From assembly GCA_039586795.1 (NCBI GenBank), contig JBDHJS010000009.1, positions 1 through 64,000 of the forward strand: DNA of 64,000 nt, read 5' to 3'. Position numbers and translations under genes: made by a program. Positions within the stretch are counted from its first letter, which is position 1; the number at the start of each line of letters is the position of its first letter. Origin of the DNA: Gemmatimonadota bacterium (lineage in GTDB: Bacteria > Gemmatimonadota > Gemmatimonadetes > Palauibacterales > KS3-K002). The notes under the pieces were generated by a model that worked only from the letters and a program-made list of their open reading frames with translations, searched no databases and was not told where the DNA came from. Below are positions 18,822 through 26,782 of this stretch, one piece after another.

Positions 18822-20207
18822 GTGTTGGCGATGATCGCTTCGCTTTCACGCTTTGCCCTGCGTGCTGCGCTCTGGGCGATCGATCGCTTCTACGAGGTAG
18901 GCCGCGTCGGTCGAGCCGTCCCGGAAGGTCCCGTCCTCGTCATAGCCAATCACCCCAACAGCCTGATGGACGGACTCGTCGTGTTCAAGGTCGCTGGCCG
19001 ACCGATTCGACCTCTGGGCAAGGCGCCGCTCTTCGAGCATCCACTGGTCGGTCCGGTACTCGAAGGGTTGGGCGCCTTGCCGGTCTATCGGCCCCAGGAT
19101 TTTCCTGGCGAAACATGGCGCAACGAGAGGACCTTCGAGGCCGCGGTCGGGGCGTTGGAGCGCGGAGAGGCCGTGCTGATCTTCCCGGAAGGTCTCAGCC
19201 ACTCCGCGGTGCAATTGGCTCGAATGAAGACCGGTGCGGCGCGAATTGCTTTTGCAGCTGAGGAGGCGGCGGATTGGAAGCTCGGCCTTCGAATCGTGCC
19301 CATCGGGCTGACCTACCATAGAAAGCACGCGTTTCGAGGCCGGGTGGCGGCCTCTGTAGGTCGTTCCCTTGAGGTCGCTAGTTGGAAGGACAGGCGCCAG
19401 CGCGACGAATGGAGCGCCGTCGAGTCCCTGACCGATGCGATGCGTGAGGCGCTTGAAAAAGTCACCCTGAATCTTCCGACCGAGGAAGACCGAGCGCTGA
19501 TTGAGACGGCGGAGGCGCTGTATGCAGCGGAGAAGGGCCTCACCAGACCGCGGTCGCGAGAAGGGCTCGCCCCACGCCTTCCCAGACTTCAGGCGTTCGC
19601 CGAGGCGCTAGCCTGGCTCTACGTGGCCTACCCGGATGAGTATGAAACGTTGACCGCATCCGTTCGTGACTATCGCAAGCGTCTGCGGCAGTTGGGAGTG
19701 AGAGAAGGGGAATTACCAAAGCGCCTCCCGATAGCCGGCGTGCTACGCTACACCCTGTCGCAAACGTTGCTGCTTTTCGTCGGGCTGCCGCTTGCGGCGC
19801 TCGGCACGGTGGCGTGGTTTCTTCCCTACAAATCACCCCACGTTCCGCTCAGTCTCTACAAACCCGACTACGAAGTGCTGGCCACGATGAAGCTGGCCAC
19901 GGCCCTGGTCGCGTTTCCGCTGGCTTACGCGGCATGGACATTTGTCGGTTGGTGGGTCGGCGGGCTGTACGGCGCGCTGATCATCGCAGCCGTGCTGCCG
20001 TTACTCGGTGCCGCAGCCCTGCATTGGCGAGATCGCTGGAAGCGTGTTCGCGAAGACGTCCGCATCTTCGTGAATGTGGTTCGGAAGAAGACTCAACGCG
20101 ATGAGCTGGTCCGCGAACGCAGGGCGTTGGTTGAGGAATTCGATGCTGTTGCTATTCGGTGGCAGTCAGAGCGGAGGATGCGGCGCGACAGGGAGTCGGT
20201 AGGTTGA
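18822..20207 (+). CDS. Lysophospholipid / glycerol-3-phosphate acyltransferase family protein
   Basis: 'ANHPNSLMD' (HX4D), 'IFPEGLSH', 'KTGAARIA'; C-terminal TMs. Confidence 0.85.
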   Translation: MLAMIASLSRFALRAALWAIDRFYEVGRVGRAVPEGPVLVIANHPNSLMDGLVVFKVAGRPIRPLGKAPLFEHPLVGPVLEGLGALPVYRPQDFPGETWRNERTFEAAVGALERGEAVLIFPEGLSHSAVQLARMKTGAARIAFAAEEAADWKLGLRIVPIGLTYHRKHAFRGRVAASVGRSLEVASWKDRRQRDEWSAVESLTDAMREALEKVTLNLPTEEDRALIETAEALYAAEKGLTRPRSREGLAPRLPRLQAFAEALAWLYVAYPDEYETLTASVRDYRKRLRQLGVREGELPKRLPIAGVLRYTLSQTLLLFVGLPLAALGTVAWFLPYKSPHVPLSLYKPDYEVLATMKLATALVAFPLAYAAWTFVGWWVGGLYGALIIAAVLPLLGAAALHWRDRWKRVREDVRIFVNVVRKKTQRDELVRERRALVEEFDAVAIRWQSERRMRRDRESVG

Positions 20208-20225
20208 GCCGAGGATCTCGAATAA

Positions 20226-20663
20226 TCAGCTTCCCAAACAGCGATCCCGTCCGCTTTCCTCCGGCGGCGAACAAATCACGGCTTCGATAATCTCCGCCAG
20301 CTGTTGCGTCGAAAAGGGCTTCTCCAGACAGGGCCGACCGCTTTGTTCGATGAGCTCGCGGGTGCTCTCACTTACGATATCGGCTGTCACGATTATCACC
20401 CGGGAACACAGCTCGGGGCGGTTCAGCTCCATCGCCTTCCAGATCCCGCGGCCGCTGACTCCAGGCAGCCGCACATCCAGCAATATGGCATCGAAGTACT
20501 GACCGCTCTCGAGCAGTTCCAGGGCGACATCGCCAGTTGGAGCAAGAATAGGCTCGTAGCCTTGCGCGTCGCAGAACCTCTCGTAGAAGCGGCGGATCGT
20601 CGGCTCGTCTTCGATGACGAGGATTCTCGGCGGGGTAACCGTGTCTCCGCTGTAAGCGCTCAC
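20226..20663 (-). CDS. Single-domain response regulator (receiver only)
   Basis: 'ILVIEDE', phospho-Asp 'ILLDVRLPG', 'IVTAD', 'LEKPF'; GGAGGT RBS before GTG. Confidence 0.88.
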   Translation of the reverse strand: MSAYSGDTVTPPRILVIEDEPTIRRFYERFCDAQGYEPILAPTGDVALELLESGQYFDAILLDVRLPGVSGRGIWKAMELNRPELCSRVIIVTADIVSESTRELIEQSGRPCLEKPFSTQQLAEIIEAVICSPPEESGRDRCLGS

Positions 20664-20840
20664 TTTGACTTACCTCCAGGCCCGAAAAACACCCGAAATG
20701 CCACTTCGTCCACGCTAGATTGGCCAAGAATCATAACATTCTGTCTCAAAAGCATAATGTGATTCCTCGGCCACACCTCCATCATTGAGAGAAGTGCCGC
20801 CACCGCGGCGATCCGGCAAATTACCCCCTGGAGGTGTTCA

Positions 20841-20963
20841 ATGAAGTTCGTCCGTCTATTGTTCGCGATCCTCGCAATCGCCGCGCTGGGCGCCGGCTGT
20901 TCAGATCTGCCCAGTGAGCCCGGTAACTGTCCCACGATGGGGGGGCCTCACTGCAACGAGTAG
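20841..20963 (+). CDS. 40-aa lipopeptide precursor MKFVRLLFAILAIAALGAGCSDLPSEPGNCPTMGGPHCNE (below the ORF-track cutoff)
   Basis: GGAGGT RBS 5 nt before ATG; basic n-region, hydrophobic h-region, lipobox (L)GAG-C; fills the gap between the receiver and TPR genes; TAG at 20961-20963. Confidence 0.8.
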   Translation: MKFVRLLFAILAIAALGAGCSDLPSEPGNCPTMGGPHCNE

Positions 20964-20983
20964 AATAATCGCGGGGCGGGCGG

Positions 20984-22243
20984 CTACGCGCAGATGCGCG
21001 CCCGCTCCGCAATGATGCTCTGACCCACATCCTCCAGTCGCTCGGATTCTTCTCCGCTGGCTGCCAGCGGCTGGTAGGCCTCTATGCTTGCCGGCAGGTC
21101 AGCAAGCCTCGACCTAATCTCTGCTGCTTCTGCTTCGAAGCCTTTTTGCTCCGCTATCTGTAGGCTCTGGTGCAAGAACTCGCGAGCTCTGGCCTGGTCG
21201 CCAAAGGCGGAACAGCCCAGCCCAATTGTTCGATACGCGCTCGCCTGCTCGAACGGCATGACGTTCAGGCTCTTGTCGCTGAGCATGTCGTGCCTGAGGG
21301 CGTCGAATCGCTCACGGTCATCAAGCGCAACCGCGACGTCAGCCAGTCCGGTAAGCGCTCGTACGCGTGAGGCGGAGTCGTCAGACTGTTCAAGGACGAT
21401 GTCGAATGCCGCGCTTGCCGCGTCGTACTGTCCCCAGCGATAGAGCGTGACACCACAGTCCTGCAGCGCTCGTAAGCGCTGTTCCTTTGACTCGTAGCGT
21501 CTGTACGCCTCCCAACCGCAGGACGCCGCTTCGCCGGGCCGGCCCGCCGAGTCCTCAACGACCATGAGCGCGTGGTAGCAGTATCCCTCGAGCTCACGGT
21601 CGGCCACGTCCTGTGCCTCCGTCAGCGCTTTCGTTATTTGGCTTCGTGCCTCGGTAACATGACCACGTCGTAGCGACACGAGGCCCAGATTCTCCAGGGC
21701 CAGGATCGCCTGGCTTCGACTGCCCGATATCCTCGCTTTTTCAAGCTGTTCTTGATGGACGCGTTCCGCGCTGTCGAGATCGCCGAGATAACGCTCGGTT
21801 ACGCCAAGCCAGAAGAGTGCGTTTAGCTGTTCGACTACGTCGGGCAAGTGAGCCGTGATCTCGACCGAGAGAGCGAACGCCGCCCGCGCCAGCCGAAACG
21901 CGCCGAGCTTCCGATGATGAAGGCCAAGCAGCTTGAGCGCCGTCCCCAGAGCCGCCGCCGATCCGGAACTCAGCGACTCGTGAAGCTCACGAAGGAGGCG
22001 GGCATGCGGTGTATCATCGCGCCCAAACACGCGGTAGTAACGTGATCGAACCTGCGCCATCGCCTTCTCTTCCGCCGGCTCTCCGCGAGCTGCCTGCCGT
22101 GCCGCCGCCAGCACGAGCAAATACTCGACTGCGGCCCGCTCTCGCTCACGATCGTCACCCGCCTCGGCGATCGCCTCGATCAGCGGCCGCAGTTCGCTTC
22201 GCTCCCCCAGCAAATAGCTCGTCAGATCGACGGTCTCAGGCAT
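20984..22243 (-). CDS. Cytoplasmic tetratricopeptide-repeat protein
   Basis: Successive TPR-like helix pairs ('ALFWLGVTERYLGDLDSAE', 'ALENLGLVSLRRGHVTEAR', 'AYRTIGLGCSAFGDQARAR'); no signal peptide; no evident HTH. Confidence 0.85.
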   Translation of the reverse strand: MPETVDLTSYLLGERSELRPLIEAIAEAGDDRERERAAVEYLLVLAAARQAARGEPAEEKAMAQVRSRYYRVFGRDDTPHARLLRELHESLSSGSAAALGTALKLLGLHHRKLGAFRLARAAFALSVEITAHLPDVVEQLNALFWLGVTERYLGDLDSAERVHQEQLEKARISGSRSQAILALENLGLVSLRRGHVTEARSQITKALTEAQDVADRELEGYCYHALMVVEDSAGRPGEAASCGWEAYRRYESKEQRLRALQDCGVTLYRWGQYDAASAAFDIVLEQSDDSASRVRALTGLADVAVALDDRERFDALRHDMLSDKSLNVMPFEQASAYRTIGLGCSAFGDQARAREFLHQSLQIAEQKGFEAEAAEIRSRLADLPASIEAYQPLAASGEESERLEDVGQSIIAERARICA

Positions 22244-22555
22244 CTCAAATGGTCAAGTGCGCTCCACCCAGAACCTTAGAAGGATCGGCTGGGCTTGGTT
22301 GTTCGCCCGCGTTAGTCTAGCTTTTCCTTATGGAAACATCGCGCCACAATTGGCTTCCGGCGCATGTCTCGTGCGGGCAACGCATTAACTGCCCGCCAGC
22401 TCCTTCGCGTAGTGGCAGAGGCCGGTCACTATTACCGGTGGCCTTTGTTTTCGACGGTATTTCTGCCCGACCCAACAAAGTGTGGCTCAACTCACCCAAA
22501 AGCGTAACCTATTACGGTGTAGCCGATTGCGCATCCCACTTGAGCCCGGTGCGAC

Positions 22556-22570
22556 TGGCAGAGTTCGTGC
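22556..22570 (+). promoter_or_regulatory. Possible sigma54 promoter
   Basis: TGGCAGAGTTCGTGC: GG-N10-GC, with an imperfect -12 element. Confidence 0.3.
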
Positions 22571-22858
22571 CCTCTCCAGAACCGGCTGCGATCGCCGTCC
22601 TTGTTCCGGCAGCCTTTGGCGAGAGAACGGCGAGGTGTTGTGTGACAGCAGCCGCAACAGACATAGGATAGACCACAAGATAAGGCGAACCCCCGGGAGG
22701 GGAAACGGGAAGGGGCACGACAGGTGACAAGCAGATACAACGTGGCCGGGATGAGGCGGCGCTGGGGGAGTGCTCAGGATGATCCGGGCTGGACGGCTCG
22801 TGTCGAGAGGCCCGTGGCCGATCCCGAGCACGGCGGACGCCGGTTGATTACGGAGTCG

Positions 22859-23242
22859 ATGAAGGGAAGTTTTCTGGCGAAGGAGTCGATCGTCGATTGC
22901 CCGGACCCTGGGTGCCGGGGGCTGTTTCTGACTGATAAGAGGGCCATAGAACGACACGGTTCGGGAGCGCGGGTGGTCCTGCACTGCACGCGCAGGCCAG
23001 AGGAACACGACATCACGTTGGCGCTGGATCCGTATTCCAGCGAGGAGCAGGAGACTCTGAAATCGGTGCTGTTGAGAGGTGAGGCGCCGGTCTGCTCACG
23101 GTGTGGCAGCGAGCTGGAGCTTGGCTCCACCGAGTCGCCCCAGCCTTGGGCAAAAGCGGCAGATGCTCAGCAGGCGTATCATTGTCCCTGGTGTGGAGTA
23201 CGATGGGTGCCGCCGGTCGGACTCAAATTGCGAGCGGGTTGA
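22859..23242 (+). CDS. Small double zinc-ribbon protein
   Basis: ATG 22859 after GGAG; CPDPGC...CTRRPEEH and CSRC...CPWC metal-binding motifs. Confidence 0.65.
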   Translation: MKGSFLAKESIVDCPDPGCRGLFLTDKRAIERHGSGARVVLHCTRRPEEHDITLALDPYSSEEQETLKSVLLRGEAPVCSRCGSELELGSTESPQPWAKAADAQQAYHCPWCGVRWVPPVGLKLRAG

Positions 23243-23285
23243 GGCTGTGGGGATTACCGAGCATGCAAAGAAGGAGCCCGTCAAG

Positions 23286-24032
23286 ATGAAAGCAGGGAAG
23301 GCAGCGTCACAGGATCTTCGCGGCATCGCGGCGAACACAGCGCGGGATCTGGCGCTCGGTCTGAGACTAGCATCGCTGCGGATGGAGAGCTTCGAGCCGG
23401 GGCAGGGCAAGGATGCGGCCCGTGAGTTGGCCGAACACCTATCTGTGTCTGCCCGGCGCGCGGTGGAGCTTTACTATCTCGAATCGTTGACACAGGCCGT
23501 GGCGATCAGTGAAGGTCCACTCAAGGTTCGGCGCAAGAACGAGTCGGGACTCTTCGAGATGGACGAGTCTCTGGAGATACAGAAGCTGAAGAGCGATGTC
23601 CCGGGCTGCTACAACAAAGTAGGATTCGCGATGTTGGTGGAGTGCGAGCTGGAGCGAGCGCGACGTCGCAAGTCGCCAGTTTCGCTGGCCCTGTTCAAGC
23701 TGGACCCTCCGAACGAGGACCTGGTCCGTGAAGTGGCGCGGCAAGGTCGTGAGTGCTGTCGCCTACTGGATGTGCTGGGCACGTTCGATGGACGCGGTGT
23801 TGGAATGTTGTTGTTGGATACCGGTCCGGAAGGTACGCAGGTAGCCGCGCAACGGGTCCTGAGTTCGTTCCTGTCGACGATGGAGGTATCCGGCGATTCG
23901 GATTTCGGAAGCGTGCTGGTCGGCGTAGCAAGCCATCCCGAAGACGGGAGCGAACCGCGCGAACTTCTCGAACAGGCCGACGAACGTGCGGGGGGTTATT
24001 CACTGCTTGATGAGGCGGTGAAGGTCGGCTGA
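23286..24032 (+). CDS. Degenerate GGDEF-domain protein
   Basis: 'ECELERARRRKSPVSLALFKLD', 'RLLDVLGTFDGRGVGMLL', 'VGVASHPEDG...ELLEQAD'; the GGDEF position reads DGRGV; ATG 23286 after AAGGAG. Confidence 0.75.
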   Translation: MKAGKAASQDLRGIAANTARDLALGLRLASLRMESFEPGQGKDAARELAEHLSVSARRAVELYYLESLTQAVAISEGPLKVRRKNESGLFEMDESLEIQKLKSDVPGCYNKVGFAMLVECELERARRRKSPVSLALFKLDPPNEDLVREVARQGRECCRLLDVLGTFDGRGVGMLLLDTGPEGTQVAAQRVLSSFLSTMEVSGDSDFGSVLVGVASHPEDGSEPRELLEQADERAGGYSLLDEAVKVG

Positions 24033-24052
24033 AGATCTTTCTGATAGAAACG

Positions 24053-24095
24053 AAAGAGACGGTGGTACCGATGCGCGGCGCCACCGTCTCTTTTT
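24053..24095. terminator. Bidirectional intrinsic terminator
   Basis: AAAGAGACGGTGG / CCACCGTCTCTTTTT inverted repeat between the convergent GGDEF gene and lptG. Confidence 0.8.
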
Positions 24096-24117
24096 GCTTG
24101 CGTTTAATTCCGGTCTA

Positions 24118-25188
24118 CTACGTTCGCGTTCGGACGAGCAGGACGAACCCTACAAACAGGAACGCCATGTTTGGCAGCCAGGCCGCGAGCACGGGCGGGA
24201 TGACACCGCCGGCGCCCATCCCCTCGGCAATACGGATGCTGAGCAGGTAGATCAACACCGTCGCAAGTGCGATCCCCACCCCCATCGCTGGGCCGCGTCG
24301 TCCCGAGCTCATCCCGAGCGCCGAACCGAAGAAGACAACGATCAAGCAAGCCAGGGGAAAGGCTATCTTCAGAGTACGTTCGACGACCAACTTCCGGGCG
24401 TCGCCTCCCGACCGCTCGATGGAGTCGATGAACCGTCCGAGCTCGCGGTAGTTCATTTCTTCCGGATCTTTTGGCTCCGCCAGCAAATCGTCCGGTGTCT
24501 CGATGAGATCGGCCTGCAAGAGAGTGTCAAAAGCGAACGTGGCAACGGTTCCCTGGACCGGGTAGTAGTGGATATAGCCGTCCAGCAGAACCCAGCGGCC
24601 GTCAAGCCACTCAGCCGTCGGTGCGTAGATGCTGTAGGTGGGGTACTCCGGCCCGGTGCCCTCGCGCTCGATCAAGATATTAGAGATCTGGCCGTTCTCC
24701 GCGTTCAACCGCCGGATCTTGTAGGCGCGGCCGCCGTCCGCCCCGTAGACGAACTGATTCCGGACTGTCCTGCGGGAACTGCTTCGCTCTTCTAACGCCT
24801 CGGCGCGCAGTCGATTTGTGATCGGGATCAGTTCGCCCAGCCCAAGGCCGACGACGCTCAACGCGGCGCCCATGATAATGAGCGGTGTGATCAATCTGTA
24901 GAAACTCACGCCGCTGGCTTTCGCTGCCGTGACCTCGAAGTTTCGACTCATCAGCGCGATGGTGAAGACCGCGCCAAACAGGCTGGCGACCGGAAAAGAG
25001 AGCGCCATCTGGAAAGGGAAGTCGTACAGATGGGCCAGCAGGACCTGGTCGACGCTGAGACCGCGGGCCAAGTAAGTATCCAGATCGTCTGTGAGCTTGA
25101 TGATGACGAACAGTAGGGGGGCTCCCAGAACACAGACCAACCAGACTTTGAGGTAGAGTTTGGTGACGTAAAGGTCGAGTATCCTCAT
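24118..25188 (-). CDS. lptG: LPS export ABC transporter permease LptG
   Basis: 'MRILDLYV', 'NFEVTAAKASGVSFYRL', 'PEEMNYREL', 'AAWLPN'. Confidence 0.88.
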   Translation of the reverse strand: MRILDLYVTKLYLKVWLVCVLGAPLLFVIIKLTDDLDTYLARGLSVDQVLLAHLYDFPFQMALSFPVASLFGAVFTIALMSRNFEVTAAKASGVSFYRLITPLIIMGAALSVVGLGLGELIPITNRLRAEALEERSSSRRTVRNQFVYGADGGRAYKIRRLNAENGQISNILIEREGTGPEYPTYSIYAPTAEWLDGRWVLLDGYIHYYPVQGTVATFAFDTLLQADLIETPDDLLAEPKDPEEMNYRELGRFIDSIERSGGDARKLVVERTLKIAFPLACLIVVFFGSALGMSSGRRGPAMGVGIALATVLIYLLSIRIAEGMGAGGVIPPVLAAWLPNMAFLFVGFVLLVRTRT

Positions 25189-26723
25189 GCGGCGCTCTTC
25201 TCTACGACTGATCGGCTCTCACTGCTGGTATTCCGCGGCCTGGCTCGCCGGCGCAGCCCGATCCCGAAACCCAATTTGCGGGCGCCAGACTTGCTCACGA
25301 GGTAGAGCGCGACGCCGCCGATAAGCGCGAAAATCACGTTCGGGGCCCACATCCCCCAGAATGGGGTGATGAAATCGCGGTCCGCCAGGTTTTCGCCGCC
25401 GATGAGGCCGACGTAGTAGACGCAGAAGATGCTCAGACTGACGCCGATCACCATCCCGATTCCGCCGCGGGGAAAACGCGCGCCAATCGGTGCCCCGATG
25501 AGCACAAACACGACCGCCGCCGCCGGGATGGCGATCTTCTTGTGAATCTCCACGGCGTACTTGTTCATTTCACGTCGATGGATCTCGGCCCGCGAGGCTA
25601 TCCGCTTTAGCTCGTTCTTCATCCGCGCGGCGAAAGCGACGGGACTACCCTTGGGCGGCCAGTCGGCGCGGTTCGACGGTCTGTAGCGCTGGCGAATCGA
25701 TTGCTCGGTCGCGCCCATGAAATCCTCTGAGTCCTCTCTGGGAGCGGGCCGACCGCTACGTCCGGGTCCTGGTCGGTCGCGACCCGGTCGGAGAGGCTTG
25801 ACGAGTATTTCACGTTCGGGTATGGACTCCGTTGCTTCGGGGCGATCGCGTATCGGCGTCAGATCCTGAATGGCGAGGCTCAGGCTGTCCTCGATCTGTA
25901 GCACCCGCAAGTGCCTCTCGTTGATCTCCTTCTGCATCATCTCGATGTTCATCTCGCGGTCGCTGCGCCAGTCGATCGCGCTTCCACGCTGCAATTCGTT
26001 CGTTACCCCAGACACCCGGAACACCTGCTTCTCGTAGAAGGTGTGTTGGTCCATCGCCGGGTCGTTGGCCTCGCGCTCGTGCATTTCACCGTCATAGAGC
26101 GTCAGGTAAAGATCCGTCTGGGTTTCGTTATAGGCCATCTGGCCGGAGTCGGCGTATATCACCCTGTCGGTTCCCCGGCGGCCGATGTCGAAGATCACGA
26201 TGTCCCTGAGCACGCTACGCGTCCGGTCGATAGCCGCCGCTTGAAGGACGAGTTTGCCCTTCACGACTTCGTTCATGACTCGCTCGCGCAACTCGAACGT
26301 CGGTTGCTTGCGGCCTATGTCGGACAGTAGCATGCGCAGCCTGTGGTTCGACTCCGGTAGCACGGTATCGTTGAACCAGATCATCACCGACGCTAGAAGC
26401 ATCGCCATCAATAAGACGGGATACATGAGACGGCCCAGGCTCACGCCGCCCGCTTTGAACGCGGTGAACTCGTTGTCAGAGGCTAGTCTGCTGAACGCAT
26501 AGAGGACGGCGACCAGAACCGCCATCGGCATCGTCATCGCCAATATGAATGGGATGGACAGACCAAAGACCTCGGCAATGAGATACCACGGAAGTCCCTT
26601 GCCCACGAGATCTTGGAATCTCTTGGCCAGCTGGTTCAGGAGCATCAATCCTGTGAGTACGCCTAGCGCCGCCACGAATGGACCGACATGCTCGCGAAGT
26701 ATATAGCGCCTAAGTATCTTCAT
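25185..26723 (-). CDS. lptF: LPS export ABC transporter permease LptF with a large insertion
   Basis: 'MKILRRYILREH', 'RLASDNEFTAFKAGGVS', 'EIHKKIAIP', 'MWAPN'; start at ATG 26723. Confidence 0.88.
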   Translation of the reverse strand: MKILRRYILREHVGPFVAALGVLTGLMLLNQLAKRFQDLVGKGLPWYLIAEVFGLSIPFILAMTMPMAVLVAVLYAFSRLASDNEFTAFKAGGVSLGRLMYPVLLMAMLLASVMIWFNDTVLPESNHRLRMLLSDIGRKQPTFELRERVMNEVVKGKLVLQAAAIDRTRSVLRDIVIFDIGRRGTDRVIYADSGQMAYNETQTDLYLTLYDGEMHEREANDPAMDQHTFYEKQVFRVSGVTNELQRGSAIDWRSDREMNIEMMQKEINERHLRVLQIEDSLSLAIQDLTPIRDRPEATESIPEREILVKPLRPGRDRPGPGRSGRPAPREDSEDFMGATEQSIRQRYRPSNRADWPPKGSPVAFAARMKNELKRIASRAEIHRREMNKYAVEIHKKIAIPAAAVVFVLIGAPIGARFPRGGIGMVIGVSLSIFCVYYVGLIGGENLADRDFITPFWGMWAPNVIFALIGGVALYLVSKSGARKLGFGIGLRRRARPRNTSSESRSVVEKSAA

Positions 26724-26782
26724 CTTGCCATAGAAAATAGGCATAAATGGGCTCAATAAAACTACCCCATATCGGCTAAAAG

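Noticed and set aside
20660..20935. 91-aa minus-strand ORF over the peptide gene
   Set aside because: No RBS or motif; the plus-strand 40-aa ORF has a strong RBS and a lipoprotein signal.
20841..20963. RiPP precursor interpretation of the small peptide
   Set aside because: No radical SAM, YcaO, lanthionine synthetase or peptidase-transporter nearby; the N-terminus is a Sec/SPII signal, not a RiPP leader.
22331..22346. Sigma54-like sequence upstream of the TPR gene (TGGCGCGATGTTTCCA, - strand)
   Set aside because: The -12 element reads TTCC instead of TTGC, so the conserved GC is missing.
22682..22715. Resemblance to a c-di-GMP-I riboswitch (GGCGAAC-CCCC-GGGA-GGGG) upstream of the GGDEF-like gene
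   Set aside because: Lacks the conserved GACGCAAAGC segment and a recognisable second stem; would need an Infernal hit to call.
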